A program made the position numbers and the translations under genes. From positions 82,584,001 through 82,648,000 of the forward strand of contig OX597820.1 in the NCBI GenBank assembly GCA_951406725.2: a DNA stretch of 64,000 bases, read 5' to 3'. The notes beneath the pieces were generated by a model. That model made no database searches. It saw only the letters and a program-made list of their open reading frames with translations, and was not told the DNA's origin. Below are positions 13,151 to 26,129 of the stretch, piece after piece; the first letter of the stretch is position 1; each line of letters starts with the position of its first letter. This DNA is from Octopus vulgaris (taxonomy: Eukaryota).

Positions 13151-13697
13151 TATACCGCGTCGCCTTTGGAAATATGATTCTCACAGAGAGAAGATTTTTG
13201 TCTTTGTTAGGTAAAAATGGGGAAATAGAGAAGAAATATTGGAAATACTAACGAATGAGTTACTGCACATGTGAGCGAAGGAAATGACTGGAGGGAGAAA
13301 AGAAAGAATTTGTAGGAGAGTGAGGTTGGTGAGAAATGAGAAAAAAAGGGAGACGGAGTTTTAATCCGTGTAAATTAAAAATTTATTGTTGGCCTTTTGA
13401 ACGTCATTGCCTCAAATTTACACTAAAGAATATCGTTCCTCTACTTTCAAGATTTAATCACTACTTCCTTCAGACTTTTATTTACTCGTCCCTTTCAATT
13501 TCTTTCTCTCCTTCATTCTCTCACTTTCTTTCTCCAGCCACTTCTTTTGCGGTAACTACCTTTTCCCCTTTTCCCAGTAAATGTCCTCCATTTCTATGCA
13601 CGCATTTACTAAGGACAATTAAAAAAGATTTAATCCCTATTCCCTAAAATATAGTTGTTTCGAAACACATCAATATATATACTTTACTGTATTTCTC

Positions 13698-13814
<117 letters not shown>

Positions 13815-14229
13815 CATACATATATATATATATATATATACATATATACATGTGTGTATGTGTGTGTATGTGTGTGTACATTAATTCATACGTACATTCA
13901 TACATATATATATATATATATGCCTTGCAATGCACACATATATATGTGTTTTTATGTGTGTGTATCTATCTATCTATATACACATATGCATACATATATA
14001 TAAACATAGCTACACACATACGTATAGGTGTGTGTTGTATGTGTGCGTATTCATATATATGTAAGTGTATATATATTTATATATACATATACACATTCAA
14101 ATACACACACACACAAATGCACACATACGCAAATTCACACACACTCTTATCGACGCAAGTTTTACACTGCAGGCAATAAACAATGAAAAACACCTCAACT
14201 CATGTGGAGCAGTGTCTTACAGCGGCGGC

Positions 14230-15060
14230 ATATTAAATTTGATTTAGGAAAAAGAAATGCAGAAAACAAGAGAAAATTATTTAAAGCCACTGATGTAATT
14301 TCAGATAAAGAAATATCGATAATTAGATCAAACGCATATTCGCAAATACTTTTCAATAAATAATCTAAACAGAGTACAACATTAACAGATGAAAGAATAT
14401 TATAGACGTGTAAGCTTAATTCTTATAACTAAGCCAAATACTAATTATAAGATAATAGGCATCAATATTTTAGTTATTCCAATAAAATAGCTGCAGTATT
14501 CTGAAATACAAGCAATGCTAAACAGGAAAACAAAGAAGAGATCACTTTCTGAATCTACTATACAATGTCTAACTGTTAAAGAATTTATTTGCTGTAAATA
14601 CAGACAAAGGCATTTTGAAATTAGAAATTAGAAAATTGAAATAAGGTTTCTTATAAAAAAATATCTAAAAAAGAATGGAAAGAAACTAAAATTAATAGAT
14701 AAAAAGAACCCTGCTTTATATTAGCAGAGGAGAAAGAGAAACACTTCTAAATCCGGGGTTAAAGTAACATACAGTTGTGAGAAGTGTTGCGGAAGAACAG
14801 AAATTGTTAGAAAATTAAAAATCAAATTAAAATAGGACCACAAAATACCATGCTAAGAGGTTTACAAGAAGTTCTGCATTAACAACCACTGATAAAACTC
14901 ATGAACAATAGTGGCCGAGGAGCTCAAAATTTAAAGTGGAGACTGAATCGTTTTTAAACACGACAGAGTACATCTAAAATATATAATGAATCACAATATA
15001 AAATGTAACCGCAAAATATGGAAGGGTAGTAAATAAACAATTAGCACAACACACTGTTTC
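14230..15060 (+). mobile_element. Very decayed R4/Dong fragment
   Basis: Remnants LYISRGER (cf. RLYLxRxxGGRGL) and LKVETES. Confidence 0.45.
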
Positions 15061-15155
15061 TGATTGCTAGTGGAATCTCTCACTCCTCCCTCTCTCTCCT
15101 CCCTTTCTCTCTTTATAAACATGAGTATATTATTTCTAATCGGCAGAAACTATAC

Positions 15156-15205
<50 letters not shown>

Positions 15206-16637
15206 AAATTAACCAGCATCTTTCTCTTTGTATACACACACATACACACACGCGCACGCACGTATGCACGCACGTATGCACGCACGCACACACACATACG
15301 CATTGAGAATAAGGATTAAGTGAATAAATCTTGAGAAATACCTCTTTAAGTACTCTCTAGAGATCGGACACGTGCTGAATAAATTGCCCAGTCATTATAG
15401 TTCATATGCATTGTTATTCATTTCCCGTATCAGGTGCAATTTGTAAATCTGAGGTCGAACACCAATTAAATTCAGTGTATTACTTTCAGAGGATATTAGA
15501 AAAATAAAGGCTATAAATGAGGATGCATTACATTGTGTAACGAAGTCTTTATATTTTTTTGTCTTTGGTCAGTAAGTGTGATTTCCTATTTGCTTCCGTC
15601 TAGAAATCAATGGAAATGAGTACTTTTCCATTCAAATTTACTTTTGTGACCGGACATCAATGTTTTAGAACTGACTTACTATTCCTTACATTTCAGACAG
15701 ATTCAGCGCTAAGTTGCTTGACACCACTTAAGCATGTCCCTTTATTGGCTGACAATTTGTGCATCACTGATCGTGAGCAGGAGTTGTCGGGATGCTTCAT
15801 AGCGATGAGTTGAGAGGGATTCTTTGGGTTTGAATACATGTAACAAAAGCAAAGTTTGAGGGAAAATGTTAGCCATTTTCATACTTTGTAGGGATAAGCA
15901 AATAAGAAATAACAATTGCTACCCAAGGAAAAAGATCGTCTTACACAATGTTATCAGCAATTTGTTTAGGTTACACGCGTTTCGAATATCTTGGCATGAC
16001 ACAAGTGTTGCACATTGGGATATGCGAATTGAATCAATTCTTCATTTACTCATCTAAAATACCATCGAAAAAGTGGAATTATGTACCTTCATTTTCTTTT
16101 CAAAGCTAATCTTAATAAACACCATAAGAAGGTTATTACTCTCAGATTTACCATAAGAATGCTACCCTGCATCTTCAGTCACTATTAGTGACAATTGAAT
16201 TTCTCCTTTTTGTTTTTATATTGCCTCTAACTACCTGCATTACTTCATTAATTTCACATAACAATTTTAATAAATCAGTCATTGATTCTTATGGTAAATT
16301 CTCTATACTGACTGGTATGATGTAGCTTAACCATCAGTGATGTAATACTACTGATGAGTTTTAATTCCAAGTGAAATTGTCTTGCCAATATAGTACCCTC
16401 GCTCGCTGAGGGGAGGTTATCTCCCCTCTCAGTGCATGGACTTGTACTTTTTCTGGCTATAAGGGTCTTTGACTCTTGTTTCTAACAATGTAGATTCTAC
16501 CCTGCACTCTTCGTCACTATTAGTAACGATCGAACTTTTCTTTTTTGATTTCATATTGCGTCTAGCCACCTTCATTATTTTATATGCATATTACTAGTAG
16601 TAGTATTATGCGTACTTGCAGATTTGTGTTTAGGCTC

Positions 16638-17239
16638 CTGTTGTGTGTGAATAAATAATTGAATAAGTTGGTGTCAACAAAGAGTACTGTCGGTCATTTA
16701 TTTGCAATGACTACAATTTTTCTACATAGTTCTCCAGGCTTGCATGTATTTAGTTTTGTAACCGTTTCTCTGTATTATGAGATCTAGATGTGTTTCCTCA
16801 GGTGATGTATCAATATTGTCTCCGTGAACTCAAATTCTGGGTTTCAAGAGCATCTTATCTGTCTGTGGTGTTAGTAGCTAATAATAGCTAAACCCCCATC
16901 CCACTGCATCCATACATTCAAAGCAGTTTATTAACAAACCTTCAGCCACGACACATCTCTTGAGATATTCAGTGGCTACTATTAACTCGCAGGCCACAAC
17001 AGACCAATAGGATGCTCTTGAAACCGAGAATTTGAGTTTATGGAGACAATATTTATATATCGCGCTAGGAAACATAACTAGATATCATAATGCAGAGAAA
17101 CGGTTACATAACCAATTGCATGCAAGCCTGGAGAACTACGTTGCGTAGAAACAATTGTAGTGATTGCAAATAAATGTCCAATTCTACTCTTTCTTGTTGA
17201 CTCCAACTTATTCAATGATCTATTGCAGACAACAAACAG
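16638..17239. repeat. Long inverted repeat, ~250 bp arms with ~80 bp spacer (MITE/fold-back-like)
   Basis: ttctccaggcttgcatg...gtaaccgtttctctg...aactcaaattctgggtttcaagagcatc versus gatgctcttgaaaccgagaatttgagtt...cagagaaacggttac...catgcaagcctggagaa. Confidence 0.85.
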
Positions 17240-17745
17240 ATGTATTAGTTTAACGCCCGGGAAGTGAAAAAGTCTTTAACGTTTCGAGTTTTCGCTCTTC
17301 CACAGAAAGGAACACTGGAAGAAACAAGGAGAGAAAATAAAGAATGTGTAGAGGCTAGCGATATATCACGGCGAATGCCGGACAGAGGTGTCACACAGGA
17401 GAGCTAGGAAGAAGGGAAGATAATAAAGTAGCGGTAATCCCAAAACGAAGGTGCACGTGCGTATATAGAAGAGACCATGCATATGCGTGTGGAAGATGGC
17501 AGATAACCTTGGCGTATGCGTGTGTGTATGTGTAGTTGTGTGGATGTATGGCTGGGAAATGGTCAGTACTAGTGTGTGCGTGGTGGTGTGATGTGATGTG
17601 ATGTTGTGTGGTATGATGGTGTATGGTGTAGTGGTGTGTAGTGTGGTGTGATGGTGTTGGGATGTGGAGGAGGTGAGAGTGGGGAAAGCAAGGATGGGGT
17701 GTGGGATAGGCTGAGGGTGGGGGAGAGGTGGGGTATGTGGATAGG
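17240..17745 (-). mobile_element. Solo Penelope-like terminal repeat, same family as 53141-53700
   Basis: Shares gataataaagta...atcccaaa.cgaaggtgc.cgtgcgt and ggaaatggtca with 53350-53540. Contains a hammerhead-like ...GAAGAGC...CTCGAAACGTTA at 17272-17310. Confidence 0.65.
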
Positions 17746-18130
17746 GGGCTAAACACAGAGCGGACAAACAAAAGGATTACGTCGATTACATCGACCCCAG
17801 TGCGTAACTGGTACTTATTTAATCGACCCCGAAAGGATGAAAGGCAAAGTCAGTCTCGGTGGAAACTGAACTCAGAACCTAACTGCAGACGAAATACCTA
17901 TTTCTTTGCTAACCATAAGGGGCTAAACACAGAGAGGAGAAAGAAGGACAGACAAACGGATTAAGTCGATTATATTGACCCCAGTGCGTAACTGGTACTT
18001 AATTTATCGACCCCGAAAGAATGAAAGGCAAAGTCGACTTCGGCGGAATTTGAACTCAGAACGTAGCGGCAGACGAAATACTGCTAAGCATTTCGCCCCG
18101 CGTGCTAACGATTCTGCCAGCGCGCCGCCT
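17745..18130 (-). mobile_element. tRNA-derived SINE, Meta-domain-like, with duplicated core
   Basis: Reverse of ggcggcgcgctggcagaatcgttagc...gagttcaaattccgccgaagtcgactttgcctttcattctttcggggtcgataaattaagtaccag; core present twice. Confidence 0.85.
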
Positions 18131-18140
18131 TTATATATAC

Positions 18141-18244
<104 letters not shown>

Positions 18245-18245
18245 C

Positions 18246-18572
<327 letters not shown>

Positions 18573-18609
18573 AAAATACATTTAGTAATGTATTTTTGTA
18601 CAGTTACTT

Positions 18610-18965
18610 TTAGGCACCATTGGCCATCCGATTAAAGAGTTGTTGTTTGTAGCAGTATGTCTGGGTGTTGGTGGTTTATCTGGGATTTGTTAGAGATATT
18701 CATCCATGAACTTTTGAAGGTTATGAAATCTTTTTCCTCCTTTATATGTTTTGGAATGATGTTAAAAAGAGTAGGTCCAGTTGAGGAGAAGTAGTTCTGT
18801 CTTAGTGTTGTTATGTACTGAGAGCACGGTTTCTGTAGAGGACGCATGACACGGGGAACAAGCCTTGGGTGGATTTTAAAAGTGATACCGATATCTTTTG
18901 GGCAATACTGTCGAACAATTTCCACATCATTGAAATAATAAAGGGCTCTCAGCGGCGCTGGAGAG
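18610..18965 (-). mobile_element. CR1-group LINE 3' fragment
   Basis: NYFSSTGPTLFNIIPKHIKEEKDFITFKSS matches the CR1-like RT C-terminus GPxLFNxLP...FKxxLD. Confidence 0.65.
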
Positions 18966-19414
18966 AATACAGTTTGAGATTCCCGAGTCGATCCCAATAG
19001 TTAAGACCAGACATGACGTCAATTTTATTTGTAATTGATCTCTTGGGTGCTTCAGATTTTTTAATATTCTGTCTTGTGTAGGGATATCATAGCGGACAAC
19101 AGTATTCAAGGTGTGGGTAGGCAATATCTACACTTATAATGATATAATACATTGACATTCATACGCAAACTGTAATATGAGATTCGTCTATGTTCTATAT
19201 TGATATTTTCCTGGTGAAGACTTTCACAATCTCTTAACCCAGTTCTTGCGCAAAGTATCTCACTCTCGAAATCTCCTTTCCGATTAGTGTTCTGTAGATA
19301 TCAACCAACATATGCTCAAATTTAGTATCATAACATCGACTAGTTGACAAGAACACTGTGACTTAAAAAAAATATATGATGACATCTCATTTCATCTATG
19401 ATTTGCTGTTTCAG

Positions 19415-19473
19415 ATTTTATACCGACTGACTCCTATCAATTCCAGAAAACTCTGCCATGTCACGAATCTCAC
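19415..19473 (+). CDS. Exon D, SEA domain middle part
   Basis: Acceptor tttgctgtttcAG, donor GTAAGT at 19474. Reads ILYRLTPINSRKLCHVTNL(T). Phase 0 to 2, which fits exons C and E. Confidence 0.75.
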
Positions 19474-20260
19474 GTAAGTAGCCGCAATAATGCAAATATT
19501 CCCATGTATATATATCTACACACACTCACATATATATACACGCACTCGCCCGTGCGTGCACACACACGCATGGTTGCTTCATTGCAAAGCAGACATATAT
19601 GACCAAAATATGTAAATGAATGCAAATAACACACCAGATTTTGATATACATTTAAAAATCTTTATTATAAACAACCGGATGAGAGTAGATGAATGTTGTA
19701 TGCATCCCAATTTGATTAGCTGGCTTTGGCTTTGATAACTTTTCAAATTGTAAGATCTGGCTCCAGGACCAGAAGTCGGTCGTGGTATACACGTGTGCGC
19801 ATTTACATACACATTTAAACGCATTTACATACACGCACGTGTTGGTTAAACAACCAGTTGTAAAGGTTTCATGCTGCTAGAGGCTGTGTTGGAAAAGTTT
19901 ACGATTATTGTTAAATGCACTCGTTCACCTTACCTGCTTTTACAGATTGTGACCTTCTCCCGATGTGTGAGAAGCCTGAGGGCATTGAAAAGGCTTGCTG
20001 CTTTGAGAGAACGCGTGTGTACTGTTTAGTTTCATGTACATATATTTACTATATTGCAACTGGAATGTATTTAAACGTCCCAAATTAGAATACTTCTTCT
20101 GTCGAATCCACTAAAGGTATAATTCTTTGATAACTAACGTGTTCTTGTGATATATAAAGTGACCTCTTCATCGTTTTGTTTGTTCCTCATCGACCTTAAC
20201 AACGGTTAAATACTTTGTGGTTAAATGAGTGTATGTCTTTAGTTTAAGAACAGCGGACCA

Positions 20261-21501
20261 TATACCAGGTGCATTCCAACAAGTTTGAAGCAGTTTTGAG
20301 ATAGGCAGTTATAACTGCCCTTGATCCTTGTAGTTCTCGTATATCATTACTGTTCACCTAATAACTGACCTACCGACCTCTTTATTCTAGACTCAAGAAG
20401 ACGGCTGTAACAGCTTTTTGAACACCCCTTGTTAAACAATGTGCGTCACAGCTGACTAGTTTGAAGAATGCAGTTGGGAGTGGTGACAGTTTGGAAGCTT
20501 GCTATGCAATGAAATTTTGTGTTAGACCAGGCGAAAATGCTATAAAGTCTTATGAAATGTTACACGCTGCTTATGAATTAACTTGCATGAACTGAGCATA
20601 TATTTTTCGCTGGTTCAAGGATGGTAAAAAGGAGGTAAAAAACTATATGAGATGTGAAAGAAAGAGAGACGTCAAAACATCATAGCTGGTCTATAAAACG
20701 ATAAGCGCACAGTTTGAAGTTGGTGTAGCAACAGTATATAGAATTATTCATGAAGATCTGAACATGAGCAAAATGTTTTCCCAGAGTGTTCAGTGACGAA
20801 TAGCAAAAAAACGCATTGGTGACTGTAGGGAGATAGTTGAGCTCGTTACCTCCAATCCAAGTGTATTTTGATCTCTGGTAACCTCTGACGAAAGCTGGAT
20901 CTATTGTTATGACACAGAGCCGAAGAGACAGAATGCTCATTGGAAGCCTCCTGGATTCTCAAGACCTAAGAAGGCTAGGTAAAGCATGGACGCTCATGAT
21001 GATCCTTTTCTTTCGACAGCAAAGCATCATGTGCATCAAGTGTTCCTTCTGTACTTTGTGTAGGTTTTGAGACAGTTCAGGAAGAGACATCGTCACAAAA
21101 GGCCAGAGCTATATTACTCAGGTCAGTGGTACCTGAACGAAGACAATCCAGAAACCCGCAATTCCTCCATGTTAACCAAGTAATTGATAGAGATGGGCAT
21201 CAAAATTGTCCCTTACTCTCCCAACAATCCTGAACTGTGATTTTGATTGTTTGCCAAGCTGAAAGAGAAACTCAGGAGTTGTCATTTGAAAATATTGAGA
21301 AGATAAGGGCGTCTGTGAGAAGGGTCCTGGACACCTTCACTTTGAAGGAATTCCATGGGACCTTCACAAAGAGGTTGGAACTCTACAAGAGCATTAAAGT
21401 CAGAGGATCCTCCGTTGAAGGAGATTAGTGTTTTGTACATCTTTGAAATTGATAAATGTCTCCTTTGAAAATGTTTCAAAATTTCTGAAATACACCTTAT
21501 A
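20261..21501 (+). mobile_element. Full-length decayed mariner transposon
   Basis: Degenerate TIRs tataccaggtgcattccaacaagtttgaa / tttcaaaatttctgaaatacaccttata with TA ends. Motifs LVTSDESWIYCYD, EDNP (HDNA) and PYSP; many stops. Confidence 0.85.
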
Positions 21502-21729
21502 AATAATTAGCGAAACATTTTCATATTTCGTGTCACTTTTAAATATTCCATATTTTGGTTTATCTTGTACAGTGAAGGTTCAATTTATCCGATTATTCAA
21601 GTTACATACACATATGGTAATAGCAATGACTACTGCTACATGCACTTTGATAGACTGTATATCTCGCTTAGATAAATCAAAATATAATTCTTTGGTTCAT
21701 ATGTCTACAATCTACCTATATATGTCTAT

Positions 21730-22368
21730 GCAATAAAGGGTGGAATATAATTAATTTAATAAAATTAATCAATTTCACCTAGTAGATTTATCGGTATGGA
21801 AAAGACCATATTTGGTAAGGGTTATAATAATTATAATTAAGGGTTAAATGCAACAAGTTGCTCAAAACCACATACCGAAAATATTAGAAATAGCAGCCAA
21901 AATTGATCACCATTTCCTCCACTAGTAAAAAGTCTCCACAAACAAACAGAATTTGTAAGCTGTATATGGCAAAAAAGGCAGAAAATAACGAAATCCCAGC
22001 CTCTGGATTAATTATAGACGACTCGTTTCTGGATTAGAACCGAAGGTTCATTTCCTTGTCAATATAATATTTCCTATAGATCTAGAAATGCTAGGGGAAA
22101 AACTCACCCGTTATACCAATACGATCAGCGACATCGGACGGTCTAACAGAAACTGCTAGCATTCCTACACCTATACCGACATGCGGATTCCAAAATTTAC
22201 CACGTGAGCTACAAAAACATTACCAACGAAACGAAAAATTCGTAGATAACTTGTAAGGGAGCAAAGGTATTCATGCTAGCAGTTTCTGTTAGACCGTCCG
22301 ATGTCGCTGATCGTATTGGTGTAACGGGTGAGTTTTTCCCCTAGCATTTCTAGATCTATAGGAAATAT
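21730..22368. mobile_element. Non-autonomous element ending in a near-perfect 96 bp inverted repeat
   Basis: Arms 22067-22162 and 22273-22368. Body shares taattaagggtt...ccaca.accgaa...ttagaaatagcag with 33660-33720. Confidence 0.7.
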
Positions 22369-22469
22369 ATATGTCTATGTATATATACATGTACATACAT
22401 ACCTATATATTTCTCTCAGTATCTCTCTCTATTCCCCTTACATAAACGCATAAATAATATATGCATGCA

Positions 22470-22680
22470 TATCTTCTATCTTTTACTTGTTTCAGTCATT
22501 AGATTGCGGTCATGCTGGGGCACCGCGTTGAAGAATTTTAGTCGAACTGATTGACCCCAGTACTTATTTTCATTTTAAACCTGGCGCTTATTTTATCGTT
22601 CTCTTTTGCCGAACCGCTATATTATGGGAACGTAAACACACCAACACCGGTTGTCAAGTGGTGGAGGAAGACAAACACCG
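22470..22680 (-). mobile_element. SINE family 2, 3' part
   Basis: cttttacttgtttcagtcatt...catgctggggcacc...gaccccagtacttat...gggaacgtaaacacacca. Confidence 0.75.
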
Positions 22681-22930
22681 AAATTCTGAAACAGGTGTTC
22701 GCGAAAAGCCAGAGGAAGTCCATCCGGAGGATTGCACTGGAACTTAGCATCAACAAAGTTCGATGCTTCGGAGAGTGATAAAGCTCTACCCGCACCGACT
22801 TCAGGTTGTTCAAAGGCGTCAAGCGGAAGATTTTGATGCTCGTGTGGAAATGTGTGTCAAATGCTGACGGCGTCACGTCTCTCCGAATGATACCTGAAAC
22901 GAAATAGAAAAAAGAAAGTGTATAGTGACT
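22680..22930 (+). mobile_element. Tc1/mariner-like transposase fragment
   Basis: FAKSQRKSIRRIALELSI resembles the second HTH (SPxxSxRxxAxELxI). Confidence 0.45.
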
Positions 22931-22933
22931 TTT

Positions 22934-22983
<50 letters not shown>

Positions 22984-23132
22984 AGCGTAGGAGTGGCTGT
23001 GTGGTAAGTAGCTTCCTTACCAACCACATGGTTCCGGGTTCAGTCCCACTGCGTGGCACCTTGGGAAAGGCCTCGGGCCGACCAAAGCCTTGTGAGTGGA
23101 TTTGGCAGAAGGAAACACAAAGAAGCCCGTCG

Positions 23133-23185
<53 letters not shown>

Positions 23186-23339
23186 TTGTGTGTATGTGTC
23201 CCCCCTAACATCGCTTGACAACCGATGCTGCTGAGTTTACGCCCCCGTAAGTTAGCGGTTTAGGCTTACAAAGAATAAGTCCTGGGGTCGATTTACCCAG
23301 TCAAATAGCCGAAGCAAGTAAACGAGTAAAAGAGGAAGA

Positions 23340-23340
<1 letters not shown>
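22984..23340 (+). mobile_element. tRNA-derived SINE family 2 with internal TA/TG microsatellite
   Basis: gtggctgtgtggtaag...ggttcagtcccactgcgtggcaccttggg...ccaaagccttgtgagtggatttgg...gagtaaaagag tail. Confidence 0.85.
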
Positions 23341-23386
<46 letters not shown>

Positions 23387-23449
23387 AGCATATCTGTATA
23401 ATATATACTAGTGTGTGTGTATGTGTGTATATAAGTGTGTATGTGTGTA

Positions 23450-23480
<31 letters not shown>

Positions 23481-24005
23481 ATGTGGGTTGTAAGCATTCT
23501 AATGCAATGCATTATCTAGTCGGTCATCTTTCAATTAACATATACATGGAGATTTTCTAACAACGACCGACACCAGCCGGCGGGGAGGAGATATTTTCGA
23601 AACTGGAATATCTTCATGTATTCTCAACAATATTGCTACATACACATCAGATCATAATAGAATGCAACACTGTTCGTGAAAGTCTTTCTCGTTATACAGA
23701 CCTTCTTGATTACTTCATAAAATTTCTATTAAATTACCTCGAATATTAATTGAATAATTACGATGTGTTTGGCGAGGCTTATAACAAGAAATAATTGATT
23801 TCGAACATAAAAGTCTCCTCGTTCGGGGGGTCATTATTGAATCGTTTGATTTTCTCTTGTGCATCTCTAAATTGCTACGATTAGATTTTAGCCTTAAATA
23901 TCTCACATTCTGAACAGAATGCACGGAATTAGACTGGTTTATAAATGAATATAATAAATTGAATTTCGAATACGTTCACCTCGAAATATGATCATTAAAT
24001 TCGTG

Positions 24006-24013
24006 TACACACA

Positions 24014-24082
<69 letters not shown>

Positions 24083-24203
24083 ACACACACACAAGATATA
24101 ATTGTATGCACGTTTGTGTGTAAGCGTGTGTGAATGTGTGTACATTTTTGTGTAAGTAGATATTAAGCACAACACACACAGACACGCACACACACACACA
24201 CAC

Positions 24204-24270
<67 letters not shown>
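24006..24270. repeat. (CA)n microsatellites
   Basis: Direct inspection. Confidence 0.95.
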
Positions 24271-24271
<1 letters not shown>

Positions 24272-25019
24272 CCATTTCTATAGCACCATCTTTCACTACA
24301 TATAATTTCACCGGCATAGTTTCATACTTTTATACTTGTGTTGAAATGTCTAAATACCGAAATGTCTTACCATATTTAGCGTAATTTTCCTGGGTATTGG
24401 GATCAATTCTCTTCTGTTTCGCTTCCACCTTCATTATTTTTGGGGTCAATTAAACTTTTACTAGTATAGCGCCGTGGTTAGTTCGATGTAATATACTTAT
24501 TTTCTATTAAATATGTCATTTGACATTCACAAGACAATTACCGTCGGAGGGTGACGGAAAGCAATATGCATTACATTCTGTTCTAAGTTTGAATACAGGA
24601 TCAATGAAATAAGTAGCAGTGATAAACTGAAGTAGTTATCGACTAAACCCATAGCCTTGTTTCAACATTAGATTTCATTATTCCACCACTGGACAGCAGA
24701 TGGCACAGCCGACAGATTTTTAACATATACTGTAAATATAAATGCAATGTGTGATGTTGATTTGCCTTTCAAACTTGTAGGGATGATAAAATATGTTGCA
24801 CAAAAGTACCGAGGTTGATTTGGTCAACCTTTGCCGCGTCTTGAGGATATGTAGGCTGGTAACTATCGTAATATCACAACGCATCTCTTATACTCCTAAT
24901 TATGTGAACGGTAACAAGAGGGCTAACTTTATGAACATCGAATGTGAGATGCCATTTCAAGCTTATGCTAAGCAGTTACACTTAAATCAATTCATGTGCC
25001 ATAATTTTAGATTGGAAAA

Positions 25020-25242
25020 AAGCGGCGAGCTGGATGAATCTTTGTTGCGCCGGACGAAGAGTTTAGCGGAATTTATATCAGTTACTTAAATTTTAGGTTG
25101 AAATGCCGCCAAGGTCAAATTTGCCGTTCATAAAATTCGGGGTCGATAAACTAGGCACCAGTCAAGTACTGAAGTCGATGTAATCGACTTTCTCCTCCAT
25201 TCAAAATTACTGGCCTTGTGATAAAAGCAGAAAGAATTATTT
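25020..25242 (+). mobile_element. Meta-domain-like SINE, diverged
   Basis: gcggcgagctgg...aaggtcaaatttgcc...ggggtcgataaa...ggggtcgatg-like core. Confidence 0.7.
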
Positions 25243-25879
25243 TAGATATGAAATCTTTTACTCGTAATATTCTTTCCTGGTTTCTTAGAATTCAATGAAC
25301 AAACTAGATCTAATATTCTGGAAAGAGAAAATTTCTTAATAATTGCATTATATAGTCATAAGCTCTTCAAATACAGTATTTGTAATCCGGTGTCGATTCC
25401 AACTTTATGCATATAGGAGGCCCAATAATTTCAGAGTTGTATCCCGGAATATGGATTCTATATTTCTCATCAAACAAATAATACTTTTGATTACCGCATA
25501 ATTGATATAACTTCAGAATTTTCATAATTGAAGCATTACATTTGCATTCCTCCACTTAACCATAATTTTTCCTATAAATAGCATCTAAGACAGTATACGA
25601 ATGGCTTCGAATTTTCTAAATTACAAAGCGATTCCACTTTCACATAATTGAAATGATGGAAATGACAGAATGAAAGAAATAATTAGTAGCTTCTACGCTT
25701 AGACACTTATTCAAAGTATATAACTTCGGTTTCGCTTCAACTTAACTTTGAGATAAAATCTTTGTAATATATAGAAAGTATGAGACCCGAGGTCGTAGGA
25801 GAAGACACCTGCTTAAGGCGCCGCTACGCGGTATAAAATCAGGAGCCAATAAACTTCCTAATTACATAGTTTTGAACGC

Positions 25880-25962
<83 letters not shown>

Positions 25963-26129
25963 AAGCTAGCTAGCTAGCTACCTATCTAAGTGCTAGCTAG
26001 CTACCTATCTAAGTGATTATGTGGTTAAGAAGCTCACATTGCAACCCCGAGATTTCGTGTTCAGCCCTACTGCGTGGCACCTTGATTAAGTGTCTTCTAT
26101 TATACTCTAGTCTAATTCAGAAACTTGAA

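Noticed and set aside
25367-25555. 62-aa Cys/Tyr-rich minus-strand ORF
   Set aside because: No recognisable motif, splice support or repeat assignment.
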